From an uncultured virus (IMG/VR IMGVR_UViG_3300027668_000009) (Duplodnaviria > Heunggongvirae > Uroviricota > Caudoviricetes), in the IMG/VR virus record IMGVR_UViG_3300027668_000009: a DNA stretch of 64,000 nucleotides; one strand, written 5' to 3'. The notes beneath the pieces are model-generated. The model did not search any database. It saw only the letters and a list, made by a program, of their open reading frames with translations, and had not been told where the DNA came from. Position 1 is the first letter of the stretch. Each line of letters opens with the position of its first letter. Of this stretch, positions 49,621-59,276 are shown in pieces. The position numbers and the translations under genes were made by a program.

Positions 49621-49650
49621 AGTATAACAAAAAGCCAGAGGCATCGTCAA
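49621..49650 (-). promoter_or_regulatory. early promoter (conserved family)
   Basis: GCC-TTGACG-ATGCCTCTGGCTTTTTGT-TATACT. Confidence 0.75.
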
Positions 49651-49657
49651 GGCATGA

Positions 49658-50263
49658 TTAGCGAAGGATGTGGGAGTTTCTTTCTCGGATTTGGTGTTGG
49701 TTTTCGTCTAGGTTTAGACGTTCGTCGACTAGGATTCTGTCCTCGATATCTGTGAACCACATTGAAATGGTGTGTCTCGAGCCCCTTCTCACAGTTTGTA
49801 CGCCATGTTCAAGGTATAGACCTTGGAATAGAAGACCCCCAGCGGTCTCTATGGGATGCTCATGGCCTATTGGGAAGGTGTCACTGGGTGGAAAATAAGT
49901 TGTTCCACCACGGAAATTGTCGTTTAAATAAAGGATGCACGTCCATTCTCTAGAGTTTCCTTTCTCGGGAACTGCATTTTCATTAATCTCTGAATTAGAA
50001 TAGGTATCGTAGTGTGGTTTTTGTACTCCACCAATTTCCCATTCGTTAAGTGCAATCATTTCGGGATAGAAATGTTGTCCTGTTTCTTTGTATATTTCGG
50101 ATGTACATTGCTGAGCTGCACGTCTAATACAATCACGAACCCATGGGGTTTTTATGTGAACGTAATCAATAGCACGGTAATCTGTACCGTCACCAATTGT
50201 TCTTAGATGTTTATGCTTTAGATGATACGTTATCAGACTCTTGCAGTCTTGTGGACTCAACAT
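49658..50263 (-). CDS. 2OG-Fe(II) oxygenase, prolyl-4-hydroxylase-like
   Basis: PHYD, ILYLNDNFRGG, EHGV, RHTISMW; start likely 50263. Confidence 0.85.
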   Translation of the reverse strand: MLSPQDCKSLITYHLKHKHLRTIGDGTDYRAIDYVHIKTPWVRDCIRRAAQQCTSEIYKETGQHFYPEMIALNEWEIGGVQKPHYDTYSNSEINENAVPEKGNSREWTCILYLNDNFRGGTTYFPPSDTFPIGHEHPIETAGGLLFQGLYLEHGVQTVRRGSRHTISMWFTDIEDRILVDERLNLDENQHQIRERNSHILR

Positions 50264-50825
50264 GTTCTGAAGACTTATCGGCTGATACACTTTGGATGTA
50301 TTTGGCAAGTGCTTGTCGTTTCTCATACTCTATTCTCTTAGCTTTTTCTTTAGGTCGTGATTTCAATGCACGGTCTAGTTTCAATTTTGAAGCACGTTGT
50401 AAAAAGATGATACCATTAAGATGGTCAACTTCATGTTGAACACATCTTGATGCGAGTCCATCTAGACTTATAACTATTTCTTCACCTTGTGCAGTCTGAT
50501 ATTTTAGTTCTATCATCTTTGCACGTTTAATCATAAGGTACATATCGGGGAACGATAAGCAACCTTCTTTCATCAAATCTGTTTCTTGGGATATCTTTGT
50601 TATCTCGGGATTAAAGAAACATACATTTCCTTGGTCTTGAGATTTCATTACAAAGACTCTTGCATCCAGTCCTACTTGGTTTGCACTCAAACCTATTCCA
50701 CCGAATCTACCCATTGCATCTGACAATGCTTTTTCTATTTCTTCTGCATCCGTTCTTTTTTCAAAGTCGAAAGTTTGTGGTGGGGTTCTTAAAACCTTTG
50801 AGGCTTCTTCTATCAATTGATACAT
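50211..50825 (-). CDS. def: peptide deformylase
   Basis: GIGLSANQVG, EGCLS, QHEVDHLNG. Confidence 0.95.
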   Translation of the reverse strand: MYQLIEEASKVLRTPPQTFDFEKRTDAEEIEKALSDAMGRFGGIGLSANQVGLDARVFVMKSQDQGNVCFFNPEITKISQETDLMKEGCLSFPDMYLMIKRAKMIELKYQTAQGEEIVISLDGLASRCVQHEVDHLNGIIFLQRASKLKLDRALKSRPKEKAKRIEYEKRQALAKYIQSVSADKSSEHVESTRLQESDNVSSKA

Positions 50826-50827
50826 AT

Positions 50828-52171
50828 TTATTTCTTAAGTAGACCGTTATATTTAACGGCAAGGTTATAATATTGCCCGAGTTTCTTAAGTCCAGCATGT
50901 CCTGCCTTGTTAGTCCTCACTGACATCTGCATGGTATACGTTGTATCTTTCGATGCAAGATGTATAAACCAATTTTGTTTTGATGATTTAGAAGCTTCTG
51001 CTTTAATGAACTTAACTACTGGTAAAAATACTCCGAGTTCATCATCATCTGTAACCTGCTCATACGTGGAACCAATTCCTTTAATAACTTTGGTTGGAAC
51101 GCCTGGGGCTTCACGTAAAATTTCTTTCTTTATATAGTCAAATGATTTGCCACCTTGTTTCCCATTCTTATTGAATAGGTCTATCAGTGATTGACGGACT
51201 ATCTCTAGTACTTGATTGTAGTACTCTTCATATTGTTTGTTGTTATTTTTATCTAAGTCCTTTAGAACTTGTTGTGTAGTCTTTCTATCTTTACTATCAT
51301 ACGTTGCAGAAGAAGGCATACCTTCAATCTTTGAGTATACTTTCTTATGTAAGTCTAGTGATAGTTTCTTAACATCTTTACCACTTGAAAATGCTTGGAA
51401 TACTGGATTCACATATGTGTTAAGTTTTGGTTCTGAAGTTTTCTTACCACCTGCTTTAAGAGAGGTTCCTAAGAGAGCTCCATCTGTAAATTGTAAAAAG
51501 ATATCGCCTGGATGTTTGGGTGGGACTCCAGCTGGTTTTGCACGGTACCCCCAAAAGACACTCTTGATTGATTTTTCTTTCATCTCATCATAGATATACT
51601 TTGTAATACCTATTGCATTCTCAACCTTCTCTGTAAACTTGGATGACTCTTCTGCTTGTGCAATGAAATCTTTTGCTGATTGTTTGTCTGAAGCACCAAC
51701 ACATTTTAACTTGTCAACGTCCTGTGTAAGTATCCACTCATAGAATGATGGTACCGACTTAGGTTTGTAACGTTTTTCCCATGCAATGCAAGGGAAGAGT
51801 TCTGTGATACTTGAATTCAGTGTTGTCTCATTCATGCCACCACTCTTGGGTTTAAACATGATGATTGCACGGTCTCCATTCAATGATGGGATAAAGATAG
51901 GGTCAAAACTTGATAGAGAACTTCCTTTAACTTCTGCAGTAATATCTGCATTCCTTAATTTCTTTTCCATCTCATCTCTATCAGCATCTCTGTCCTGTGT
52001 CTTAACAACAAAAACTGTAGTCTTAGTATTAGATTTCTTATGCTTCTCAATCGTCAACCCATCTATTACTTCCGAAGGTAGGTCATTGACTTCTAATGCT
52101 TCGTCGAGTGAAGGAATATCTAGTCTGATATCCTCAAGTTTGGGGTCGAGTAATTCGTTGAATGATTTCAT
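50828..52171 (-). CDS. hypothetical protein, possible PD-(D/E)xK-fold nuclease
   Basis: ITELFP...HPGDIF...GTSLK pattern; MKSFNE N-terminus; ATAAATA upstream. Confidence 0.55.
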   Translation of the reverse strand: MKSFNELLDPKLEDIRLDIPSLDEALEVNDLPSEVIDGLTIEKHKKSNTKTTVFVVKTQDRDADRDEMEKKLRNADITAEVKGSSLSSFDPIFIPSLNGDRAIIMFKPKSGGMNETTLNSSITELFPCIAWEKRYKPKSVPSFYEWILTQDVDKLKCVGASDKQSAKDFIAQAEESSKFTEKVENAIGITKYIYDEMKEKSIKSVFWGYRAKPAGVPPKHPGDIFLQFTDGALLGTSLKAGGKKTSEPKLNTYVNPVFQAFSSGKDVKKLSLDLHKKVYSKIEGMPSSATYDSKDRKTTQQVLKDLDKNNNKQYEEYYNQVLEIVRQSLIDLFNKNGKQGGKSFDYIKKEILREAPGVPTKVIKGIGSTYEQVTDDDELGVFLPVVKFIKAEASKSSKQNWFIHLASKDTTYTMQMSVRTNKAGHAGLKKLGQYYNLAVKYNGLLKK

Positions 52172-52184
52172 AATACTATTTATC

Positions 52185-53900
52185 CTATTCTGCTAGTCTA
52201 GAGAAGTTTTTGTACTTCTCAAATCTTAACACATTACTGAACTTATCATATAATGTATCTCCTTTATGACTAATGATAAATGCATTTACTCCATCTGTCA
52301 AGGTGTTTAACAGCTTTAAAAATTCATCTGTACCTGTAACGTCTAGAGATGAGTCAAATACTTCATCTAAAATAAGTAGATTAGTGTTCACACTGTTCTT
52401 CATTCTTGCAACACTTCTCCATGTGAATAGTAGTGCAAGGTCGATTCTCATCTTCTCACCTTGAGAAAAGTTTTCGTATTTGAATACGTCACGGAATCTT
52501 GATTTAATTGTTTCATCGAATGATTCGTCCAATTCAAACCCAACATAGAACTCAAGTTGTGCTAGATACTTATTAATAAGCTTGTTCATGATAGGAACGT
52601 ACTGTTTAATAATCTTCTCTTTAACACCTTGGTCTCTGAGAAGCATGGTTGCAATCTCATAGTAATGTGTTTTGTCTATTAAGGATTTGTTTTTGGTGTG
52701 TAGGATATCTAATTGGTCTTCACCTTCAGTAATTCTTTCATGTACGTCTGAACCACCAGTGGTCTCTACCTTTAAGGTTTCTATCTCTTCACTAATCTTT
52801 TGAATGTACTTTTGATTAGATAGAATTTCAGTTTGATGTAACCCTACTTGTCTTTGTATTTGGTCGATGCCGTGTTGGATGTCACAGATTTCAATGATAC
52901 GGTTTGAACAATTCCATAATCCTTCTTCAATCTGTTTGAGCGCAGAAGCAATCTCCGTTGCCTTCGTACTCTTTGATTTGAGATGTTCTTTCTTATGTTC
53001 CTCATCTAACCCCTGTTTGCATGTTGGACATTCGTCGTTCTCTTCATAAAACTCAACTTCTTTCAATGCTTTATTACGTGCATTCGTGAGTTGCTTTTCC
53101 ACATCTTGTAAGTCTTTCAACTTCTTATTGATGGAATCTCTATCAGAAATTGTCAACTGAATAGTATTAATTTCTGTGGTATTACTATCTATGACTTCTA
53201 AAAGCTCACCGATATTTTTATTGGTATCAATAATGGTTTCTTGGAACTGGGTAATCTTTTGCATTCTATTCTCAGTCATCACTTTAACTTGTTCGTTTAA
53301 GCCACTGAGTCTTTCTTCTAGAATTTCAACTTGATGTTGGGTATCCTTCAAGTCAATTTGATGAGCAGCTTTCTTCTTACGAAGTAGTTGCATCATGGTT
53401 GTAAAGATGTTTATATCAAGTAAGTCTTCTACCAGTTTCCTTCTATCCTTTGCTCTCAATTGCATAAAGGGTGTGAAGTTGGCAGAACCTAGGATTGCAA
53501 CCTGTGTAAATGAGCGATAAGACATCTTTAGAATGTTACGTTCTAGATGGTCTTGGTAGTCTCTTACTGTTGCATCTTGGTTTACAAATACGTCATCGAC
53601 ATACAGTTCAAAGATGTTTGGTTTGATACCACGGATTATTTTGTATTCTCTTTTACCAATATAAAAGAACACCTCAACGACCATAGCTTTCTCGTTGATA
53701 CTATTAATGAGTAGTTCTTTTTTTAGATTTCTAAATCCACGTCCATACAATCCGAAACATAATGCATCTAATAGTGTGGACTTACCAGCACCATTCTCTC
53801 CTAAGATAAGGGTAGTTTGATGTGAGTCTAATTGTATTTCAGTAAATTTATTACCCGATGAAAGTAAGTTCTTCCATCGTACTTTTGTAAAATTTATCAT
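52185..53900 (-). CDS. gp46: Rad50/SbcC-like recombination endonuclease subunit
   Basis: GENGAGKS, CPTC zinc hook, FSQGE, LDEVFD. Confidence 0.96.
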   Translation of the reverse strand: MINFTKVRWKNLLSSGNKFTEIQLDSHQTTLILGENGAGKSTLLDALCFGLYGRGFRNLKKELLINSINEKAMVVEVFFYIGKREYKIIRGIKPNIFELYVDDVFVNQDATVRDYQDHLERNILKMSYRSFTQVAILGSANFTPFMQLRAKDRRKLVEDLLDINIFTTMMQLLRKKKAAHQIDLKDTQHQVEILEERLSGLNEQVKVMTENRMQKITQFQETIIDTNKNIGELLEVIDSNTTEINTIQLTISDRDSINKKLKDLQDVEKQLTNARNKALKEVEFYEENDECPTCKQGLDEEHKKEHLKSKSTKATEIASALKQIEEGLWNCSNRIIEICDIQHGIDQIQRQVGLHQTEILSNQKYIQKISEEIETLKVETTGGSDVHERITEGEDQLDILHTKNKSLIDKTHYYEIATMLLRDQGVKEKIIKQYVPIMNKLINKYLAQLEFYVGFELDESFDETIKSRFRDVFKYENFSQGEKMRIDLALLFTWRSVARMKNSVNTNLLILDEVFDSSLDVTGTDEFLKLLNTLTDGVNAFIISHKGDTLYDKFSNVLRFEKYKNFSRLAE

Positions 53901-54967
53901 AGGTAAGTGTGTTCATCCAATGCTTCATTATATAAGGTCTTCATAATCTCGTCGAGCTTCTCTTTCTTACCTTGTATTTCTAACCCATCAACATACTTGG
54001 ATAATATGGTTAGGGTATCGTCGACACCTTCGATTTCATCATCGTCAAAGAAATCCATGTGTTTGTTATCATCTACAACTGCAACATGTATCGGGTTAGA
54101 TGCATGTACCTTGTCTAGGTATGAGTCAAACCAATAAGGATTGTCTTTATTAACAACAATAACCTTTACAAATTTACCCTCAAATCTTGAGTAGTCAATA
54201 TCGTTTAAGGCTTCGAACGTTTCTATCTTACCATCATCATAGTATCCCTTCTCGAACATAGTTAAAGGGTTGTGTACTGGTGTAAGTTCTTTTGTTTCTG
54301 TATCAAAAATGTGGAAGTACTTCTTGTCATTATAATCTGACCAAGTGAATTCCATTTGTGAACCTAAGTATCTGCAGTTCTTTACTTCTGATTTGTGATG
54401 GAAGTGACCACTGTATACCTGTTCAAACCTCTTGAGGTAGGATATGTCGAGTCCGTGTTGACACGTCATGTTAGGTAATAGTAATGCACCTTCTATCTCG
54501 AAATGTCCCATACAGTGTGTAGCAGCTGCCGTCTGCATGAATTCTACCATGTCTGCATAGTTATCATTGTTAATCCATGGGACTAATGCAATTGGGAAGT
54601 CATCGTAATCCTTTACAATAGGGTCGGCGTATACGGTAATATTAGGTTGATTGTAAAGAAGTAACTCGGGTGAGTTAACATCATTTGTGTTCTTATAATA
54701 TGTATCATGGTTACCTAGAATCAAGTCCATCTTGATTCCCCTTTCGTTAAGTGGGTTTACAAAGTGTTCGATGTTTGCTTTCATCGATGCAAAGTTTACA
54801 TACTTACGTCTATCAAAGTAATCACCCATGTGGATAATCTGTTTGATATTATGTTCGTCTAGATATGGGAAGAAAACTTCTTCATAAAAACGTCCTTGGT
54901 ACTTGGACATCTCAACCATGTCTGAACGGACACCACAATGGGTGTCATTTAGAATAGCTATTTTCAT
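53897..54967 (-). CDS. gp47: Mre11/SbcD-like recombination endonuclease subunit
   Basis: DTH, GDYFD, GNHD, SGHFH. Confidence 0.95.
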   Translation of the reverse strand: MKIAILNDTHCGVRSDMVEMSKYQGRFYEEVFFPYLDEHNIKQIIHMGDYFDRRKYVNFASMKANIEHFVNPLNERGIKMDLILGNHDTYYKNTNDVNSPELLLYNQPNITVYADPIVKDYDDFPIALVPWINNDNYADMVEFMQTAAATHCMGHFEIEGALLLPNMTCQHGLDISYLKRFEQVYSGHFHHKSEVKNCRYLGSQMEFTWSDYNDKKYFHIFDTETKELTPVHNPLTMFEKGYYDDGKIETFEALNDIDYSRFEGKFVKVIVVNKDNPYWFDSYLDKVHASNPIHVAVVDDNKHMDFFDDDEIEGVDDTLTILSKYVDGLEIQGKKEKLDEIMKTLYNEALDEHTYL

Positions 54968-55530
54968 TCAGTCGGTTCTTCGAATTTTTCTAGTGACTTT
55001 TTCTCTTTTGCTTTTTTGGATTTTGATTTACGTGGTTCATACTCAACACGGTTCATATTCTCTTGCATCCATTCAACGTTTGAGTTTGTAAGGGTGGGGT
55101 CATGTTGACCATCGATAGTAGAGAATGAATCCATAGTAAGGGATGATTCCATAATTTGTTTCTGTTTAATATAGACCTGCTTCTTTTCCTTCTGAATCCT
55201 TCTCAAGAAAGCGTAGTAACAAATCTGAGTAACATATGCAAATGCATTACTTGATTTTTCAACGTTGAAGTTACCGATGTATTGAATACAATTTTCGATT
55301 GCATCACAAATCATTTCGTCACGGTAAGTATAGTTGATGAAATTTGGTCGAGTGGATAATCGGGTTGCAATCTTATAGATGCACTCACCAATGTATTCAG
55401 TCATACGTGGTTTGATGTTTCCTTCGAGAAGTTCTGCCTTTACCAAATTATTATACTCTGCAACAGCAGCTGTAAACTCTTTGTTATTGACGTAATGTTC
55501 TGCTTTCTTTGGGTCTTTTTTAGTAGTCAT
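54964..55530 (-). CDS. gp55: late transcription sigma factor
   Basis: HYVNNKEF, NFINYTYRDEMI.D, NAFAYVTQI..AFLRRI. Confidence 0.95.
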   Translation of the reverse strand: MTTKKDPKKAEHYVNNKEFTAAVAEYNNLVKAELLEGNIKPRMTEYIGECIYKIATRLSTRPNFINYTYRDEMICDAIENCIQYIGNFNVEKSSNAFAYVTQICYYAFLRRIQKEKKQVYIKQKQIMESSLTMDSFSTIDGQHDPTLTNSNVEWMQENMNRVEYEPRKSKSKKAKEKKSLEKFEEPTE

Positions 55531-55536
55531 GTATAC

Positions 55537-55565
55537 ATTATACCTGTTTTAACTGGTATTGTAAG
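55537..55565 (-). promoter_or_regulatory. sigma70-like promoter of gp55
   Basis: CTTACA-17-TATAAT. Confidence 0.55.
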
Positions 55566-55577
55566 TGGCTTTCTCAA

Positions 55578-55838
55578 TTAATTCATTTGAGTAATGTTGG
55601 GGGATACTTCGGATAGTCTTGCATTGATTTCTATGTAATGAATTTGATTCTTGGGGACTTCATCTTCTGAGAATATAGCATCTACTGGACACTCTGCAAC
55701 ACATAGACCACAATCAATACATTCGTCGGGATGGATAACTAACATGTCATCTGCTTCATAGAAACAATCTACTGGACATATCTCTACACAATCTGTGTAT
55801 TTACATCCAATGCATGGTTCTGTTATAATAAAAGCCAT
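55578..55838 (-). CDS. fdxA: 7Fe-type ferredoxin
   Basis: [39 protein letters not shown]. Confidence 0.92.
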   Translation of the reverse strand: MAFIITEPCIGCKYTDCVEICPVDCFYEADDMLVIHPDECIDCGLCVAECPVDAIFSEDEVPKNQIHYIEINARLSEVSPNITQMN

Positions 55839-55907
55839 TTAGTTTTAAAAGCCTATAGACATATGAGAAAAGTGTGATAAAATGAATATGTCCCAAGGGG
55901 GATATAC

Positions 55908-56177
55908 TTAGCTAGTAGGTAGATTAGTTCCTAGATTGATGACTGCAAACATCATAAACATCATTCCCATTACTGTTATTTGTATTAAGGTAGGAATTAC
56001 GACGAACATTACCAAGGGGTCGAATTTCATTGACATGAAGAAGTCTTCTTCTAACCAATCATTTGCTTCTTTGTCTGTCGCGTCTTTCACAGTATTATTT
56101 AGGTAAGTTAAATCACCCTGTTTTAAATCAGTCAAATCGAATACGGATTGTTTAGGTTTTCCCCATGCATCTTTCAT
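55908..56177 (-). CDS. small membrane protein
   Basis: Hydrophobic C-terminal helix. Confidence 0.65.
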   Translation of the reverse strand: MKDAWGKPKQSVFDLTDLKQGDLTYLNNTVKDATDKEANDWLEEDFFMSMKFDPLVMFVVIPTLIQITVMGMMFMMFAVINLGTNLPTS

Positions 56178-56293
56178 AGAGCTTTACATACCATTTTGAA
56201 TTGTTCCAACTCTCTGACTGCTCGAAGAGCTCCAGGCTCTCTATCCATTAACATCCATCCCATAAAGAATACAATCATTAAAGTGTATTTCAT
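56174..56293 (-). CDS. 39-aa membrane peptide (not in ORF track)
   Basis: MKYTLMIVFFMGWMLMDREPG...; ATGA overlaps. Confidence 0.55.
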   Translation of the reverse strand: MKYTLMIVFFMGWMLMDREPGALRAVRELEQFKMVCKAL

Positions 56294-56376
56294 TTACGGA
56301 CTCTGATTGAATAGATTACTGCAATGATTAAAGCTTGCATTGACAATGCTGTCAATAGAAATTGGATATCAGACAC
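56290..56376 (-). CDS. 28-aa membrane peptide (GTG start, not in ORF track)
   Basis: MSDIQFLLTALSMQALIIAVIYSIRVRK; overlaps both neighbours. Confidence 0.45.
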   Translation of the reverse strand: MSDIQFLLTALSMQALIIAVIYSIRVRK

Positions 56377-56470
56377 TTGGCATAATCCCCAAAATTGAGA
56401 TGATAAAGATTAGGCAGAGACATAAAGTCTCTACCGTATCTCGTAAAACATTTAGTTTATTTCTTATCAT
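56369..56470 (-). CDS. 33-aa membrane peptide (not in ORF track)
   Basis: MIRNKLNVLRDTVETLCLCLIFIISILGIMPSV; TAATG coupling. Confidence 0.55.
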   Translation of the reverse strand: MIRNKLNVLRDTVETLCLCLIFIISILGIMPSV

Positions 56471-56625
56471 TATGCTACTGTAGCGACGATAATCAATACT
56501 GGTAATGCGAAAGGAAGAGTCAACAGCACTAGAAATTCGATAGTGTCACAAACTTTACATTCAAAGATTGAAACTTCTCTAGCTTTTCGTACCATGCTCT
56601 TCGCAATGTAAGTTGCTGTGGACAT
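56470..56625 (-). CDS. 51-aa membrane peptide
   Basis: Start MSTATY at 56625 with AGGA SD; C-terminal TM. Confidence 0.65.
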   Translation of the reverse strand: MSTATYIAKSMVRKAREVSIFECKVCDTIEFLVLLTLPFALPVLIIVATVA

Positions 56626-56709
56626 GGTTTTCCTATAGGTTATTATAAAAGTCATGTATAATATGATATAAACCAAAATTATACGGTACTATGTATACAA
56701 ATTAAAATC

Positions 56710-57165
56710 CTAATGAATAATTCTGTCGTCGTCGATATCATAATCAAAATCCTCTAAGAGGTCATCATCATTTTCAATCAAAGATTCCATTACTTTATTC
56801 ATGTATTTTCTTTGTACGTCTTCAATACCAATTTTCTTATTAGTAAGAGGGATGGTTCCCTGTTCTACCATTTCTAACCAACGACTAGAAGCTTCATCAT
56901 AGAAAGGTATGAACTGTTGGTTCATATCACTCCTATGTAATACTTCTGTTGCTGGTATTAAAACAATAGAGTCTTCACTCAAAGGTGCATACGGATAAAA
57001 CGTAGCAAGAGTCTGAGTTAAGTTTTGAACTGTGAGTTGGCATATCATAGGTAAGGTTATTTCCAATCCAACATGGGTATCTCTAACCATGCCTACAAGT
57101 TCACTACCAGTCTTTAGTTTAATAACTTCGTACTTTTGTGGTGTTAAATCTGAGGGTCTTGTCAT
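56710..57165 (-). CDS. conserved hypothetical protein (Sm-like fold)
   Basis: VIKLKTGSELVG; typically found downstream of uvsW. Confidence 0.7.
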   Translation of the reverse strand: MTRPSDLTPQKYEVIKLKTGSELVGMVRDTHVGLEITLPMICQLTVQNLTQTLATFYPYAPLSEDSIVLIPATEVLHRSDMNQQFIPFYDEASSRWLEMVEQGTIPLTNKKIGIEDVQRKYMNKVMESLIENDDDLLEDFDYDIDDDRIIH

Positions 57166-58562
57166 TTTAAGTCAAACTGCCTTATCTCGTATGTAAAGTT
57201 CTCTTCGTTGTATATATTTATACGTTCTCTAAGGTGGTTCAGCGTATGATTCTCACATTGTAAGTCGTCTGATATATCAAACAACCTCATGGAATCTTTA
57301 CCGTCGGCCTTACGAAGTCCTCTACCTATCGATTGAAGGTTTCTAATTCGACTCTTTGATGGGGATGCAAAAACAATGTTGTCTATCTTCTTAATGTTCA
57401 CACCAGTTGAGAAGGTTCCGTATGATGCTAGTATGACATTGTCATTTGCTTTCTCTACTAACCCTCTGACTGCTTCCCTGTCTATTACATCCGTACCACC
57501 ATATACATAATGCAACTTATCTCCCAAACGAGGGAACATCTTTTTCTGTAGAACTGCACCGTGCTTCTCTACAAACTGGAATAAGACTAGGGTGTTACCT
57601 TTTAAACTGTATACAAGATTACATAAGAAGTCGTTACGAAGTTCACTTGAAACTAGGTAATCCATCTCATCTTGGTAGGACATTTTCTTCTGTTTAGTAT
57701 GACGTAGTATGACACAATCTATAGAAAGATTTGCAATCGTACCCTCGTCCATTAATTCTTTTGTTGTGATAACCTTTTTAACTGGGCCGAAGAGACCTTC
57801 TAGTTGTAGTCTGTGTACCTCTGTTCCGTCTAGTGTACCAGTGCAACCAATTCTTATAGAAGTCTTCTTCATCTTCTCTAGGATACCTTTCAGTACATTT
57901 GCTTTGAATAGATGGGCTTCATCTCCGACAACCATCTCAAAAGATTCTAAAACTTCCTTCGGTGCTTTAGCAAACGATTGCCATGTAGTAACTGTGATGG
58001 GTGCATCAAACACTGGTTGTTTAGAATAGATTTTACAGATAGGTTCTTTGTATCCATAGTCTTGGAAATCTTTAGTCATCTGTTCTACCAGTGAGGTAGT
58101 AGGAACGATAACAACGGTTTTACAATCGTAGTATCTTGCTAGCATATAAATGATAAGAGACTTACCACTTGCAGTAGGTGACAATAGTAACTGTCTTCCA
58201 TACTTAACTGCAGACTCGAATGCTTCTATCTGATAATCTCTAGGTTTGAATGGTAGATTCAAATCCTCAATGTGCCAGTCTTTTAGTTTGTGTTTGTAAC
58301 CGATGACATCTTGGATACCTTCAAACTCATACCCACGTTCTCTACAGAACTCATCCACGTATGGAAGTAATCCTATGTAGACCTTGTGTGTTTTGATTGA
58401 GAAAAGATATACCTTACCATCCCACCATTTGTTTTTATAACTTGGCATGAATTTTGCGTTAGGTACGGTGAAGGAAAAATAATCGTGAAGGTCTTTAGCC
58501 AAACCATCATCACAATCTACCTTCATGAAACATTCATCCACTTTAGAGACGGTGACTTTCAT
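57162..58562 (-). CDS. uvsW: SF2 DNA/RNA helicase
   Basis: SPTASGKS, DEAH, TGT, QSIGRGLR. Confidence 0.95.
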   Translation of the reverse strand: MKVTVSKVDECFMKVDCDDGLAKDLHDYFSFTVPNAKFMPSYKNKWWDGKVYLFSIKTHKVYIGLLPYVDEFCRERGYEFEGIQDVIGYKHKLKDWHIEDLNLPFKPRDYQIEAFESAVKYGRQLLLSPTASGKSLIIYMLARYYDCKTVVIVPTTSLVEQMTKDFQDYGYKEPICKIYSKQPVFDAPITVTTWQSFAKAPKEVLESFEMVVGDEAHLFKANVLKGILEKMKKTSIRIGCTGTLDGTEVHRLQLEGLFGPVKKVITTKELMDEGTIANLSIDCVILRHTKQKKMSYQDEMDYLVSSELRNDFLCNLVYSLKGNTLVLFQFVEKHGAVLQKKMFPRLGDKLHYVYGGTDVIDREAVRGLVEKANDNVILASYGTFSTGVNIKKIDNIVFASPSKSRIRNLQSIGRGLRKADGKDSMRLFDISDDLQCENHTLNHLRERINIYNEENFTYEIRQFDLK

Positions 58563-59276
58563 TTATCTGTATGGTTGTCCTATGTACCAGCCGACTAGAC
58601 TAGTTCTAGTTCCTTGGGTAACTGGAGTAACTTGGTGATGTACAAATGAGGGGAACATTATTAATGAACCTTTTTGCTTTGCAGAATTAGGAATCTGCCT
58701 CATGTAATCTCTCATGTCTCTTGTATAATCTGTTGAGGTTAACGTATCTTTTGCACGGATGTCTTCCATCCATTGGAAGTTACCACCCTCGTATTCTAAA
58801 GGGTCTGTTAACTGTATGGAGAAACTAATCTTTCTAAACATACCACTGTTTGCATATGGTTTGTCACTGGCATCTGTGTGCCATGTATAGAAACCACCAC
58901 GACTTCCTTGTTGTGCATTATATGTTGTATGTTGTAATGGTTCTAATCTGTCTAAGTCGAAGTTCCAACCACTCTGTTTCATTCCCATGTGGACTGCATT
59001 TTCTACCTTCTCCCAAACCTCACCCATGAGAACTTTTGCATCACCAGTCATCCATCTTATGTCGGATGCTCTGATATTGTTTACAACTTCACCACCTTCT
59101 CCACCACCAGCTCTTTCTGCACCTCGGGATTCATCGTCGGGGTCTAAGTCTAGTCTACCACCTTGGCCAACTGCACCTGCCTCTAACGGAAACTCCATTG
59201 CCTTTCCGTTGATTAATTCAACTTCAGCTGAGGATAGTAGTTCGGGGTATGTAAAAATATGGGTATTCAGATTCAT
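58563..59276 (-). CDS. 2OG-Fe(II) oxygenase (PKHD-type)
   Basis: YTWHTD, RKISFSIQL, YEGG, FPSFVHHQVTPV..GTRTSLVGW. Confidence 0.88.
   Translation of the reverse strand: MNLNTHIFTYPELLSSAEVELINGKAMEFPLEAGAVGQGGRLDLDPDDESRGAERAGGGEGGEVVNNIRASDIRWMTGDAKVLMGEVWEKVENAVHMGMKQSGWNFDLDRLEPLQHTTYNAQQGSRGGFYTWHTDASDKPYANSGMFRKISFSIQLTDPLEYEGGNFQWMEDIRAKDTLTSTDYTRDMRDYMRQIPNSAKQKGSLIMFPSFVHHQVTPVTQGTRTSLVGWYIGQPYR

Noticed and set aside
49166..49650. Extended starts given in the ORF track (also for gp41, uvsX, gp44, TET and HAD)
   Set aside because: The extensions run through promoters or upstream genes; downstream ATGs with an SD or coupling fit better.
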